From IMG/VR virus record IMGVR_UViG_3300017744_000003, positions 1-64,000 of that record: a stretch of 64,000 nucleotides of DNA, one strand, 5' to 3'. Origin of the DNA: a virus. Position numbers and translations under genes: made by a program. Position 1 is the stretch's first letter, and every line of letters starts with the position of its first letter. Shown piece by piece: positions 20,077-30,600 of this stretch. A model generated the notes under the pieces. That model searched no databases and was not told the DNA's origin. It worked only from the letters and a program-made list of their open reading frames with translations.

Positions 20077-21464
20077 TAGATTTAGTTGAATATGAACAAA
20101 GATACTTTAACCGTTTCTATGGTAAGAGAAGAGCTAGAGTTATAGAGAACCAGGATCCTGAACGTAGGGGCCGTATAAAGGTTGAGAACACCGAACTTTA
20201 CGGTGTAAGTAATTCACCTTGGGTTATGCCTTGTTTCCCCTTTTATGGCGGTAGGGATTGTGGTTTCTTTTCAGTACCTCCTATTGGATCTTTAGTTTGG
20301 ATTGAGTGTGAAGAAGGATTGGCTGAATACCCTATTTACTCTGGGGGGTTCTTTGACCTTACGACGGGCGGTCATTCTAGCGATGGTTCTCCTATTGAAA
20401 ACAGTAACGAATACCAAGAAGTTTTAAGCGCTGCTCCCGCTCATGCTAGGGGAGACTTAGACGGTTCAGACTTAGGTGGTCTTAAAGGTAGATATGGCGT
20501 ACCTGCTTCTTCTTTTGAAGGTGACTATGGCGAGGTAACTATTTTCCAAACCAAGACAGGTCATAAGTTAGAGTTTGACGATACTGAGGGCGGACAAAGA
20601 ATACATATACACCATTCTAATGGTGCTCACATAGAGATGTTGCCCGATGGTTCTATCAATATAGTCACCGAAGGGAGTGTCCTAACAAGAGGTACGCATA
20701 GGAGAGAGTTTATATCTGATTCTAAACTAGAAGTAGTGGGTGGTAATCGTACTCAAACGATAGAAGGTGATGCGAGTAGCAGTGTACTAGGTTCTGAAAC
20801 AAAGACTGTCCAAGGTTCTTCATCTTTTAGTGCAGATAGCTTAAGTAGTGAGTTTTTTGGAGACTTAAGTGTACAGGCGGGTACCGTAAAAGCAGAATCA
20901 ACAAACTTGTTTGAGTTGTTATCTGGAGGCGATATTTCCTTTAACGCTTTTGGCGATCTCGATCTCCTTACTGCGGGTAAAGGTGTCTTTAGTTGTTCTA
21001 ATGCTGTAACTTTGCCTACAGGATTACCATTTGTTACAGATAGTTTATCTATCTCGGGATTAAACGGTAACGTGAGTATTTCAAGTTCAGATGTAACGAA
21101 TACAGTTAGTTATGGCATGATAGCTAGAGGGGGTCTACTTGCGCCGTTGGGCGGCGAAGTGTTTATAGGAAATACTTCCGTTCCCCAACTTGGTGTTGGT
21201 GGCTTACCTTTACTAAAAGAACCTGCTGTCATGGGTACTCAGATGCAGTTGTTTATGGAAGCGGTCTTAGGCGCTTTGGACGGTTTCTTCTTAGCGACTA
21301 ATACAGGTGGTGTTACACCAGGCTTTGGCGGCCCTAATCCTATCTTGGGTGCTGCTTCTATAGCGGCTCAACTCGCTCTCAATGGCGCAAGAGCTACGTT
21401 CCTAACCCCTACCCCAAACCAACCACTCATACTCTCAGAGTGTGTTTATCTCAGTAAGGCATAA
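20073..21464 (+). CDS. baseplate central spike (gp5/VgrG-like OB fold)
   Basis: DPERRGRIKV, SPWVMPCFP, VPPIGSLVWIECEEG, TKTGHKLEFDDT, beta-helix repeats. Confidence 0.88.
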   Translation: MIDLVEYEQRYFNRFYGKRRARVIENQDPERRGRIKVENTELYGVSNSPWVMPCFPFYGGRDCGFFSVPPIGSLVWIECEEGLAEYPIYSGGFFDLTTGGHSSDGSPIENSNEYQEVLSAAPAHARGDLDGSDLGGLKGRYGVPASSFEGDYGEVTIFQTKTGHKLEFDDTEGGQRIHIHHSNGAHIEMLPDGSINIVTEGSVLTRGTHRREFISDSKLEVVGGNRTQTIEGDASSSVLGSETKTVQGSSSFSADSLSSEFFGDLSVQAGTVKAESTNLFELLSGGDISFNAFGDLDLLTAGKGVFSCSNAVTLPTGLPFVTDSLSISGLNGNVSISSSDVTNTVSYGMIARGGLLAPLGGEVFIGNTSVPQLGVGGLPLLKEPAVMGTQMQLFMEAVLGALDGFFLATNTGGVTPGFGGPNPILGAASIAAQLALNGARATFLTPTPNQPLILSECVYLSKA

Positions 21465-21467
21465 GAC

Positions 21468-21797
21468 ATGGCATTAAACCCCGCACAGTTAGCAACCGCT
21501 TTAGCGCAAGTTGATATAGATCTGATAAATAGTAAGTATAGAGATTCTGATGTTATTCCGCCTGTGATTCCTCAAGCTGTCTTAGACTCTATAAATCTAA
21601 GAGCTACTCAATATGCCCAGGCGATTCATACTTGGATATTGACCGCGACGGTAAACACAAATGTGAACACCACCTCCACTACTACTAACCCCACAGGTAC
21701 TGTTAATGTTATAGGAACAGCAGCCGCCCAAACAAACCCTGCACCTATTGTGGGTACTGCTACAGGCACAGGTACAGGGGTGGGCACACTAAGTTGA
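21468..21797 (+). CDS. small spike-associated hypothetical protein
   Basis: Follows spike; Thr/Gly-rich C-terminus. Confidence 0.6.
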   Translation: MALNPAQLATALAQVDIDLINSKYRDSDVIPPVIPQAVLDSINLRATQYAQAIHTWILTATVNTNVNTTSTTTNPTGTVNVIGTAAAQTNPAPIVGTATGTGTGVGTLS

Positions 21798-21822
21798 TAC
21801 TTTTCAACAACTATGAGGACTT

Positions 21823-22131
21823 ATGGACGAGTTAAACCTAGATAAACTTAATGACTCTTTAGTTAGCCCTTGGGAGGCTAGGGGAGTTAGTGCAGAACTA
21901 TACGCTAACGACTTGTTAGAGCGTTGGCAGACAATTAATGATATAGTCAACAGTGGACGAGGAGACACTTCAATAGTAAAATCAACCTTATCAGACACTT
22001 TAGAATTTATGGTTTGGGCAAGCGCCAAAAAGGAGTTAAGCTCCTGTTTAGCCCTAGTTAAGACACATATGACAAGGCTAAATCATGGTAAACAAAATAT
22101 CAGCGCAGCAACGAGGCTTAATAAGAAGTAA
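21823..22131 (+). CDS. hypothetical protein
   Basis: GAGGA RBS, clean ORF. Confidence 0.55.
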   Translation: MDELNLDKLNDSLVSPWEARGVSAELYANDLLERWQTINDIVNSGRGDTSIVKSTLSDTLEFMVWASAKKELSSCLALVKTHMTRLNHGKQNISAATRLNKK

Positions 22132-23344
22132 GAATTTTGAGGAGTTTCTAAAAGATTCGCCGGAGGGGTTTGAATATAGTTTCGGTTTAGGTTTAAGCGC
22201 TCAAGATATCTTAGAGAACTTAGGTTTAGACTTTGTTGAAGACGCGCTAGAAGGATTAAGCGCTTTTGTGTCTGCTCTTTCGTTGGTCGTAGACCTAATA
22301 GCCACACTTACTGATATAATCGCTTTATCTTTGGGTGTTGCCATTGATACTTTCCAAGCACTAGCTTTGCTGATAAAGCAGACCTTAGAATCAGTAATAG
22401 ACCTTTTTACAGGTGCTTCAATTAGTCCACTTTTTCACTTCCCTCAAACGTACAAATCTAGGCGTACCCCAAGCGAAGTCCTGTATGATGTGGGCATGGC
22501 ATACTTAGACGAACAGGATAGTAATAGGCCCATAACGGTGAGCGAAAACTTTGGTATTGCGGTTGTAGCCTTGTTTAGTGCGCCTAACTTAGAACAACTT
22601 ATGTTGACGTTTGATAACATCACCAAACAGTTTAAGGGTATTGCTTCTTTTGACGATGGGGGCGATAGTTTTGCAAGTAGGTGGAACAGAGTAGACGAAG
22701 CCTTCCCACGGAAAAAATATCTTGTCAAAGGGACTTCCGGTATGGCTCCCGACTTTAGTTACAAGATTGACTTAACTGAGTTTTTATTTGTAGGGCAAAT
22801 CGTGAGAAGTCTTAATAGCTTAGTCCAGCAAATTGAAAAAGGACGAACTTCACTAGATAAGGTGAGTCAGATTATTGACCTAGCGCAAAGAAGAATTTCA
22901 ACGGTTAATACCTTGGCGAACAAAATATTAACAGCAATCAACTCTTTAGCTGCTTTGCTAGCTCTAGGTGACGCAAACACAGTCTTTGTATGTAGTGGAG
23001 TAGGTAAAGATGAGGATTTTGCGAAGGGAATTATTAATGCACCTCTTCACCCAGAGTACCCAAGGTCTACCTTCATAGAAGAGATAAATACGCAAAGTAA
23101 GAGTAGAGGTCTTCCTAATGTTTTGAACCGAGAAATTGGGGAACAAAGTTTATTTAGCGGCGCGTTATTGCTTCATCTACAAACGCCAAGCCCTTCGTCA
23201 GAAACAGAAGAGGCAAGAAAGATCCTTAGGCTATTAAACTTACTTTATAGCCCACAAGAGACACAAGATTCATTCGATCAAAGAGGAGATAGGCTAACAC
23301 AAACAGGCCGGTCTCTATCTAGGTCTGTACAGGGGGGCAACTAA
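22085..23344 (+). CDS. hypothetical helical baseplate-region protein
   Basis: 419 aa ORF in the baseplate operon; hydrophobic helical N-terminal half. Confidence 0.65.
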   Translation: MVNKISAQQRGLIRSKNFEEFLKDSPEGFEYSFGLGLSAQDILENLGLDFVEDALEGLSAFVSALSLVVDLIATLTDIIALSLGVAIDTFQALALLIKQTLESVIDLFTGASISPLFHFPQTYKSRRTPSEVLYDVGMAYLDEQDSNRPITVSENFGIAVVALFSAPNLEQLMLTFDNITKQFKGIASFDDGGDSFASRWNRVDEAFPRKKYLVKGTSGMAPDFSYKIDLTEFLFVGQIVRSLNSLVQQIEKGRTSLDKVSQIIDLAQRRISTVNTLANKILTAINSLAALLALGDANTVFVCSGVGKDEDFAKGIINAPLHPEYPRSTFIEEINTQSKSRGLPNVLNREIGEQSLFSGALLLHLQTPSPSSETEEARKILRLLNLLYSPQETQDSFDQRGDRLTQTGRSLSRSVQGGN

Positions 23345-23709
23345 TGTCGAAGTTAAAAGGACTATCTTTTCCTATAAAGTTCTCTCCTAGAGGCTCTTTG
23401 TCTACAACAACGGGTATCGATAAAATCAAAGAAAATATCAAAGCGATTGTGTTAACAGCTTTGAATGAAAGAGTAATGAACCCTGGTATCGGAGCTATGG
23501 GTTATCAATATCTGATGAGAAATCTTACGGATCAAGAACGCTCAATCTTAAAGCATGAAATGAGGCTTGGGATTGAAGCGGGAGAAAGCCGTATCGTCAT
23601 TTTAGATATTAAAATTGACCAACCTAGTATAGATGGGAAGCTACTCATCTCTTTAACATTTAAACTAGATAATTCTACTGAGTATGAAGACTTAAGTTTC
23701 TTCGTATAG
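23344..23709 (+). CDS. baseplate wedge protein gp25/gpW
   Basis: GLSFPIKF, IKENIKAIVLT--ERVMNPGIG, ESRIVI. Confidence 0.88.
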   Translation: MSKLKGLSFPIKFSPRGSLSTTTGIDKIKENIKAIVLTALNERVMNPGIGAMGYQYLMRNLTDQERSILKHEMRLGIEAGESRIVILDIKIDQPSIDGKLLISLTFKLDNSTEYEDLSFFV

Positions 23710-23718
23710 GAGTTCGTT

Positions 23719-25617
23719 ATGCCTGTTAGAAACCAAACAACTTCCTTGGGTGGACTCCCAATACAGATTGATTATACTGCAAGAGATTTTGATGCAATTC
23801 GCGCTGAAATGCTGACACTTGCTAATCGTCTAACACCGGAATGGACAGATAGAGAACCTGGAGATATTGGGGTGACTCTTGTAGAGGCAATGGCTTACGT
23901 CTCAGACATTCTGTCTTATCAAATAGATAGGGTGCAGAACGAGTCATATCTAGCCAGTGCTCAAACAAGAGAATCGGTCGTAGATATATTACGGCTAATC
24001 GGTTATGAGTTGTCTCCTGCGAGTCCTGCTACTGTCGGAATGGTAGTGAGAACAGACCAAGACAACGTAACACTTCCCAAAGGTTTTACGGTTAGGACTC
24101 AAGCAAACGCACAAACTTCAGCGCTTCAGTATCAGTTAACAGAAGCTGTTAACTTACCTTTAGCGGGTCTTTATTGTGTTTCATACGAGCAATCAAAAGT
24201 TAGCCGTATCTTCAATGAAAACTCGGTAACAAATGATAGTCTTATCTTCGTTGCAGGTCGACAAGTAGTTGAGGGCGTTGGCGTTAGTGATGGTACACAA
24301 AACCAAACTTTCTTACTAAGTAAATCTCCTGTTTGTTTAAGTGCCGATGGTTTGGCGAATATTAGCGTAACAGTAAACGGGGACGTTTATGAAGCTCGCA
24401 CTTCTTTTATTGGAGCAGACCCTAATGACCTTATTTTCACTTATAAGTTCCTCTCTACTGAAGAAGTCATCATCACATTTGGTGATGGAGTTAACGGTTT
24501 TGTTCCTACCAATAACGGTACTATTATAGCTTCTTATCGCATTGATGGTGGGCAAGTTACCAACCGAGCTGGGGTTGGTAGTATAGATAAGTTTGATACA
24601 ATAGAAGGTCTAGTGTCGGTTTATAATGTTAGCCAACCTTCAGGTGGTTCAGATCCAGAAGACTTATTGACTGCGAAAAGAAATGGACCTCTATCTATAA
24701 GGGCTTTAGATAGGTGTGTTACGCTAGAAGACTTTGAAACAATGGCAAGATTAACTCCTGGGGGGGCGATTAGAAGTGCTAGGGCAGTTGAGGGCGATTC
24801 GCCTCTTACTGTTGATGTTTATATTGCCACTGAAGGCGATAACCCCGTCCCATCGGGTCGTTGGTTCCCTTCTTTACAAAATGGTTATGGACTTATCGGT
24901 TCTGTGGGTCGTTGGTTAAGCCAAAAGAAACCGGTCCCTACTAAGTTAAATATCTTAGCACCTACCGCAGTAAACCCATACTTTGAAGCGACCGTCTTTG
25001 TATACCCAAACTTATTAAGGCAGACTGTAGAGTTTGACGTAGACTTGAGTCTACAGTCTTTATTTAATGAGATCACAAGCGACTTTGGCGAGAGTGTTCC
25101 TTTATCCGCAATAATGCAGGCGATAGAGAATACAAGAGGGGTCGATTATGTCGATGTAGTTTCAAGCCATCGACTGCCAAGTATTCGTTTTGTCTCTGGC
25201 AACGAGTCTGCTTTTGATGGATCTAATCTTTCTATAACAGAACTTAATGAGCAAACGGTTAAGAACAAATATTATGTTGAGTGGCTAAACGCTTCAGAAT
25301 ACCAACTGAGAATAAATGACTTACTTATCGTTGATGAAAGCGGTAATAGTCGAACCTTTAGTGCAGCGCAATCTTTCCTTATCTCCCTTTACAATGACAT
25401 TACTGATCAAAACGAAGCGGCAAGACTTGATCAGTTTAAAATCATTATCGACATAGGCCCTGTACCTCCAAACGCACAAGACAGATGGGTCTTCTCTGTG
25501 GACGATTATCTAGGGAATATTGAAGCAGAAGACTATGAGATCATCGTTGCGCCTATTCAAAACGATGGTCGAATCTCTCAAGAACAATTTGTATTAACAT
25601 TTACTGGGGGTATCTAA
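23719..25617 (+). CDS. baseplate J/gp6-like wedge protein
   Basis: IDYTARDFDAIR, PEWTD--PGDIG--LVEAMAY, FGDGVNG-VP, DRCVTLEDFE. Confidence 0.9.
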   Translation: MPVRNQTTSLGGLPIQIDYTARDFDAIRAEMLTLANRLTPEWTDREPGDIGVTLVEAMAYVSDILSYQIDRVQNESYLASAQTRESVVDILRLIGYELSPASPATVGMVVRTDQDNVTLPKGFTVRTQANAQTSALQYQLTEAVNLPLAGLYCVSYEQSKVSRIFNENSVTNDSLIFVAGRQVVEGVGVSDGTQNQTFLLSKSPVCLSADGLANISVTVNGDVYEARTSFIGADPNDLIFTYKFLSTEEVIITFGDGVNGFVPTNNGTIIASYRIDGGQVTNRAGVGSIDKFDTIEGLVSVYNVSQPSGGSDPEDLLTAKRNGPLSIRALDRCVTLEDFETMARLTPGGAIRSARAVEGDSPLTVDVYIATEGDNPVPSGRWFPSLQNGYGLIGSVGRWLSQKKPVPTKLNILAPTAVNPYFEATVFVYPNLLRQTVEFDVDLSLQSLFNEITSDFGESVPLSAIMQAIENTRGVDYVDVVSSHRLPSIRFVSGNESAFDGSNLSITELNEQTVKNKYYVEWLNASEYQLRINDLLIVDESGNSRTFSAAQSFLISLYNDITDQNEAARLDQFKIIIDIGPVPPNAQDRWVFSVDDYLGNIEAEDYEIIVAPIQNDGRISQEQFVLTFTGGI

Positions 25618-27074
25618 TGGCTACCCATGAAAGTTGGCAGTTTTCCTTTGTAAGAGAAATAGGAGAAGGAACTAAATCTGTACCTAACCTTGGGTACAGA
25701 TCCCCTCTAAAGGTAGAGATTAGTGGACTTACTTCGGGGTCTGCTCCTAACGAAGATTTTCCTCAGATAGTAACAAGCTCTGATCACATACGAGTCTCTT
25801 ATTCAATGCCCATTGATCCTCAAGGTTATACGTTAACCGGTCGAGTAAAGATTCTTAAGAAGCCGAAAGAGTTCCCTAGAGGCTACTTAGATTCTTTAGC
25901 CTCCCTGGTAGTAGATGAGGATTATTCTAATGTACTTAACACATTAGACCGTGACGAATATTTCATGTTCATTGATGAACAGGTTACTTCTTCTCGTATC
26001 ATTTGGTACTACACAGTATTCTATGAGGCTACGGATGGTAATGGCGCTACTATTTGGTTGTTCTCGCCTATCAACAGTCACGACCGAGGATTTGCGCTAG
26101 ACTCTGGTTTGTCTGCCTTTGGGCAGCAGATGTTTGACTACTTTCCTAGTGGGATACGGACCAAAGATAAGTCTGAGGGAGAAGACACTCTTTATCGTTT
26201 ATGCCAAATACTAGGCAAGCCGCTTGACGAAATTAAAGAACGCTTAGATCAGTTTAGCGACAAGCGGTTCAAGCCGAACGATGTAGATGCCGCGTTTATA
26301 CCTTATATAGATAACCTACTAGGTTGGCCTACAAACTTTGAGTTAAGAGAAGGTAGGCGACGGTTTGAGACTGAAGACGCGCTGAATGTTTGGAAAGTTA
26401 AGGGGACTAATAACGCCTTTGAGCTTGTCTTACAAAGAATCACGGGGTGGAATGTAGAACTACATGAGGGTTATAACCACATTGTGACTACAGCCACACC
26501 GGAAGATGCGCTTGACGCTAACACTCCGCCTACTGATTGGGTCGAGGCTACTGATGGTGTTTGGGCAGACCAAGTGAACGCTTCACCTTTTAATGGTACA
26601 CCTGACTTATCCAACTCCAACCATAACTACTTCCCTGGTTCACCAAACAATCCCTTTAGAGTGATACACGACAGTTCAACTTGGCTTAATATGTTTGGTG
26701 TTCTTGTTCAGTTAACTTCTCCTCTTAGTGAGGGGTCACCTCTACTTCGTAACTTAGCGCAAGAGAAGATTGACCGCTTGTTAGACTACTTAGCGATCCA
26801 CTATGCTAATTTCAAAGTACAAGTTGCTGATATATACAACGACACTTTAACACTAAACGGACTTGACTCATTCTCTGATGAGAATATCAGAGGGGTCGAT
26901 GAGTCAGGTGAGTTACTTATTACAGAGTCAATTTCAGATGAAACTGAGACAGGTGTACTATATACTTACCCACACGCTGACGCTTTAGAGTCTGCGACGA
27001 ATGTCACATGGAGTTCTTCTGTCGTTGGTAACGTAGGTCGAATCTTCCACAACGCGCTGAACCAAGGGATATAA
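25617..27074 (+). CDS. baseplate wedge protein (P2 gpI-like)
   Basis: FIPYIDNLLGW, WKVKGT--AFE--L--ITGW. Confidence 0.75.
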   Translation: MATHESWQFSFVREIGEGTKSVPNLGYRSPLKVEISGLTSGSAPNEDFPQIVTSSDHIRVSYSMPIDPQGYTLTGRVKILKKPKEFPRGYLDSLASLVVDEDYSNVLNTLDRDEYFMFIDEQVTSSRIIWYYTVFYEATDGNGATIWLFSPINSHDRGFALDSGLSAFGQQMFDYFPSGIRTKDKSEGEDTLYRLCQILGKPLDEIKERLDQFSDKRFKPNDVDAAFIPYIDNLLGWPTNFELREGRRRFETEDALNVWKVKGTNNAFELVLQRITGWNVELHEGYNHIVTTATPEDALDANTPPTDWVEATDGVWADQVNASPFNGTPDLSNSNHNYFPGSPNNPFRVIHDSSTWLNMFGVLVQLTSPLSEGSPLLRNLAQEKIDRLLDYLAIHYANFKVQVADIYNDTLTLNGLDSFSDENIRGVDESGELLITESISDETETGVLYTYPHADALESATNVTWSSSVVGNVGRIFHNALNQGI

Positions 27075-27075
27075 T

Positions 27076-27642
27076 ATGAAGTTAATCATGGTAGGGAAGT
27101 TTAAGGACACACTGACATGGCAGTCTCACACAGGCTATAAGCGAACAGAAGAGCGGGGGTGGTCTTTTAATCAAATACAAGACTCTGCTCTTCACCAAGT
27201 TACAGGTTCAATCATAGGTGTCGAGGACACTACCTCTGGACTTTTCAACAACTTTGCGCCGATTCGTTACCTAGCTATAGGGTCAGGTGATTCTTCTTGG
27301 GACGCTGATCCTAATAACGTATCAAAACCTGTCACGCAAACTTCCCTTACTACAGAGTTCACTCGTTTTGCAGTTACCGCAGACGAGTTTGAGTTCTTAG
27401 ATAATAGTGGCGTGTTACTATCTCCTCAATCACTGAGCCCAAGATTCAGACTAACAAGGCTACTAGGGGCGAACGATGCTAATGGAGATCTAAGGGAATT
27501 TGGACTCTTTGGCGGTGACGCAAGTGCAGGTTTTGATACCGGAGTTATGTTCAACTGGATCACACACCCACTAATCCAAAAAGACGCTACGCTTGTTATT
27601 GAGCGCGTCATAGATATTCAGTTCTCAATCAACAGGAGTTAA
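27076..27642 (+). CDS. tail collar/fibre attachment protein
   Basis: YLAIGSG, SLTTEFTR, DANGDLREFGLFGG, IQKD. Confidence 0.65.
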   Translation: MKLIMVGKFKDTLTWQSHTGYKRTEERGWSFNQIQDSALHQVTGSIIGVEDTTSGLFNNFAPIRYLAIGSGDSSWDADPNNVSKPVTQTSLTTEFTRFAVTADEFEFLDNSGVLLSPQSLSPRFRLTRLLGANDANGDLREFGLFGGDASAGFDTGVMFNWITHPLIQKDATLVIERVIDIQFSINRS

Positions 27643-27644
27643 TA

Positions 27645-30600
27645 ATGGCATCGACACCAAATCTTAGTAATCCGAGCCATGAGTTCGATAAGACAAAGCA
27701 GTATAACAAGGTAGTATTCCAACAGGGTAAGCCTATCCTTGACGTAGATCTTAATGACATGAGTGCTGCGCTACAAGCTCAAGCTAACTCAGCGTTGATT
27801 GAGAAGATGGGGTATGGTCCAAGCCAACTCGATTACCGAGATTGGGCGATGACCGCAGTTAGTTCTGTGACACCTACTTCTGACCGTAACAAGGATAACT
27901 TTGCGGTGACACTTGGTCACCTAGACACTAGAAAGGGCGTATTAGATACTTCTTCTTACAGAAGTGCCGACGCTTTGTCTCCAAGTGTTATATTTGACTA
28001 TGGTAAGATCGTTGATCAAACAGCCACAGACGCTAAGGATAGACCTTATGCGAACTACATTTTAAGGGGTGTTGTTGGGGCAAATTCAACAACTACTAAG
28101 GTGTCTGACCAAGAAAAATCCTTTAACAGTAACCATATTCTTACTGAGTACAACTACCTAGAGGCTATAACGCCTAGTTACTCTAACGTATCGTCTACTT
28201 CTAAGTCAGATGAAACTAGAGCGACTAATAACCATGTCGTTCGTTTGCGAGAGGGCGCTTGTCGCATTAGATTTATAACGGGCAATCTAGCCGGCGAAGA
28301 GCGTGATATTGAAGCTATTGCTTCTACGGTATTGAACTTTGCAAGCAACCCTCTAAATTCTGCGCCAGACGTAGGTAGTGAATACGTTGTATTGCCCCCA
28401 AATACCCTTAGTGCATATCGAAACTTATACAATGCGGCAAATACCCAAGATGCGAGTAAAAGTGAAGGACTTTTAGGACTTCCGAAACTTGTAACTTACA
28501 TACAAACTTTTGAAGAAGATATCTCTTCAACAGAAGATAGCGACATTCAATCAAGTTCACTTGGTTTTGAAACCACACATAGAAGTCAACTTCGTTGGTG
28601 TATACGTGTGGCAATGGTCAACTCTTCTATTGACAATGACCCAGGTTACGCAGGTGTTTCTGCTAGTTTGGGTACTGAACATATCTTTGCTCTTTTGACT
28701 GATAATAAGTTTGTTGACTATCAAGTTTTACTTGATTCAACAGACTCCACAGCTTCTCTCCATAATAGTTATGAGCAATCACTTTTCTGGGCTCAAACGG
28801 ACTCAACAGGTGCAAGGACAGATACTCTTTTAGGCGATCAAGAATCGCCTTTTGGTGACCTTGGGTTAACGCCTTCACACTTCTTTAATGCTAACGAGCA
28901 TAAAGTTGACAACATGTTTTGGTCTTTCCTTAAAGGCTTGTTCTTGAAGGTTCATGGTCAGTTCAACGACTTTGTTATCCTTAATGTATTTAATAGTGAG
29001 AGTAAGTCGAGCGACCCTGCAAATGAAACACTAAGTGAGTACTTCGTACCAGGGGCGCAGACAGACACAACTGCTGCCCCAATCGTTCACGCTTTCTTGT
29101 CAACAGGTAGTGCTTTCCAACGTGTAGCAGGAGATGTTAATGCGGTTCCTGCTTCCTTCAAGTCACCTGCTCGTATCTTCAATACACATGCTGACTTGAG
29201 TGCTGACAACATGAAGAGTCGTACTCTACATGGTCTGCGTGGCGGGATTATTTATGGAACAACCGCCGGAGCACCATTGGTGTTCCCGTCTACTAGTTCA
29301 CACCTAGCATTGGTAGACCAAATGCTCTTAGGTATGAGCGGTCTTGGTTCTGCCCAAGGGTCTACTAAAGCAGGTGAGCGTGTTCCTTCTGCGATTGACT
29401 TCACTCTAGCAAACACTACTGCTTCTTTGGCACAATCAGGTACAGGCGTTGGCGCGATCAAGATGATTAGTCCCATATCCGCTTCTACTATTTCTGCGGG
29501 GAGTACAGGTTCTTTCCTTACAGGATCATCTTCTTATCTTCTCCGAGAAAAGGGTAGTAGAGCTTCGCATACTGTAAATGTTGATGACGCTGACTTAGGT
29601 TGGAGTTTATATAAAGCAGAAGAGGGTAACTTAGTAGATCCTACGACTAATCGTAGTGACCTTACTCTTCGTGGTTGGGAAGAAGGTATGGCGCAAGCCG
29701 CTGCCTTCCAACAAGGTATTAACTTCCGTAAGTTGGCGATTAAGACTACTGCACATAAGAGCATGGACTTATTTACTATTAGTGAATCACCTGCTCAAAT
29801 TAACTCTGATATTGGTGCTGCTAGGAACCAAAAGGCATCGAGTCTTGCTTTCATGATACCTCAAGACCAAGTATCAAATATTAATGGTAACTTATTTATA
29901 GACTCTTACAGTGCTTCCGCTAGAGACTTTATAGGCTTAGGGGACCCCACATTAAACGACAATAACTTTACGGCTCACAATTTTATACCCGCAAATGTTG
30001 ACCGATTTGATGTTAAACCTTTATTGCAAAATGCTTACAAAGGTAATGGGGGTGTAAAGGGTTTTGATGCACTTGCGAACCAAGAACGTGATCTTGCTAG
30101 GAACTATGGACCTTGGAATAGGTTTGACGCAGGGAGTATATCTAGTTCCGATAACTTTACAAGTGATGATGGTGACTTAAGTGTAGTCAATGACTTATGG
30201 AGTAACCGTTGTACTGCTATGCGGTTGCGTTATCATGTAGGTGACTTTTACCCAGGTGAGGTAGATGTAAGAGGTGTACCCCGTAACTTGCTTGTAGACT
30301 CTATGAACTTGTTTATGAAGGTAGAACCTTTGAGTCTAGCGCATTGGATGACTATGCCTAAGCACCAACACTCGATTCTTGAGAACTCGGTGTCTTTTGC
30401 CGAAGGTATTGAAGCTCTACTAAAGGTAGCGCATGGTCTTGGTGATACACAAAAACTAGTTAATGGTTCTGATCAGCCTCTGATCCAAAGTAACTCACCC
30501 GCTTTATCAGAAGGTGGGGATTATCAATCTAGGTCAGTTGGTGATGTAGACCCACTTAACTTACCTTTTGAACACTATAAACAGCCTTTTGTTCATTGGT

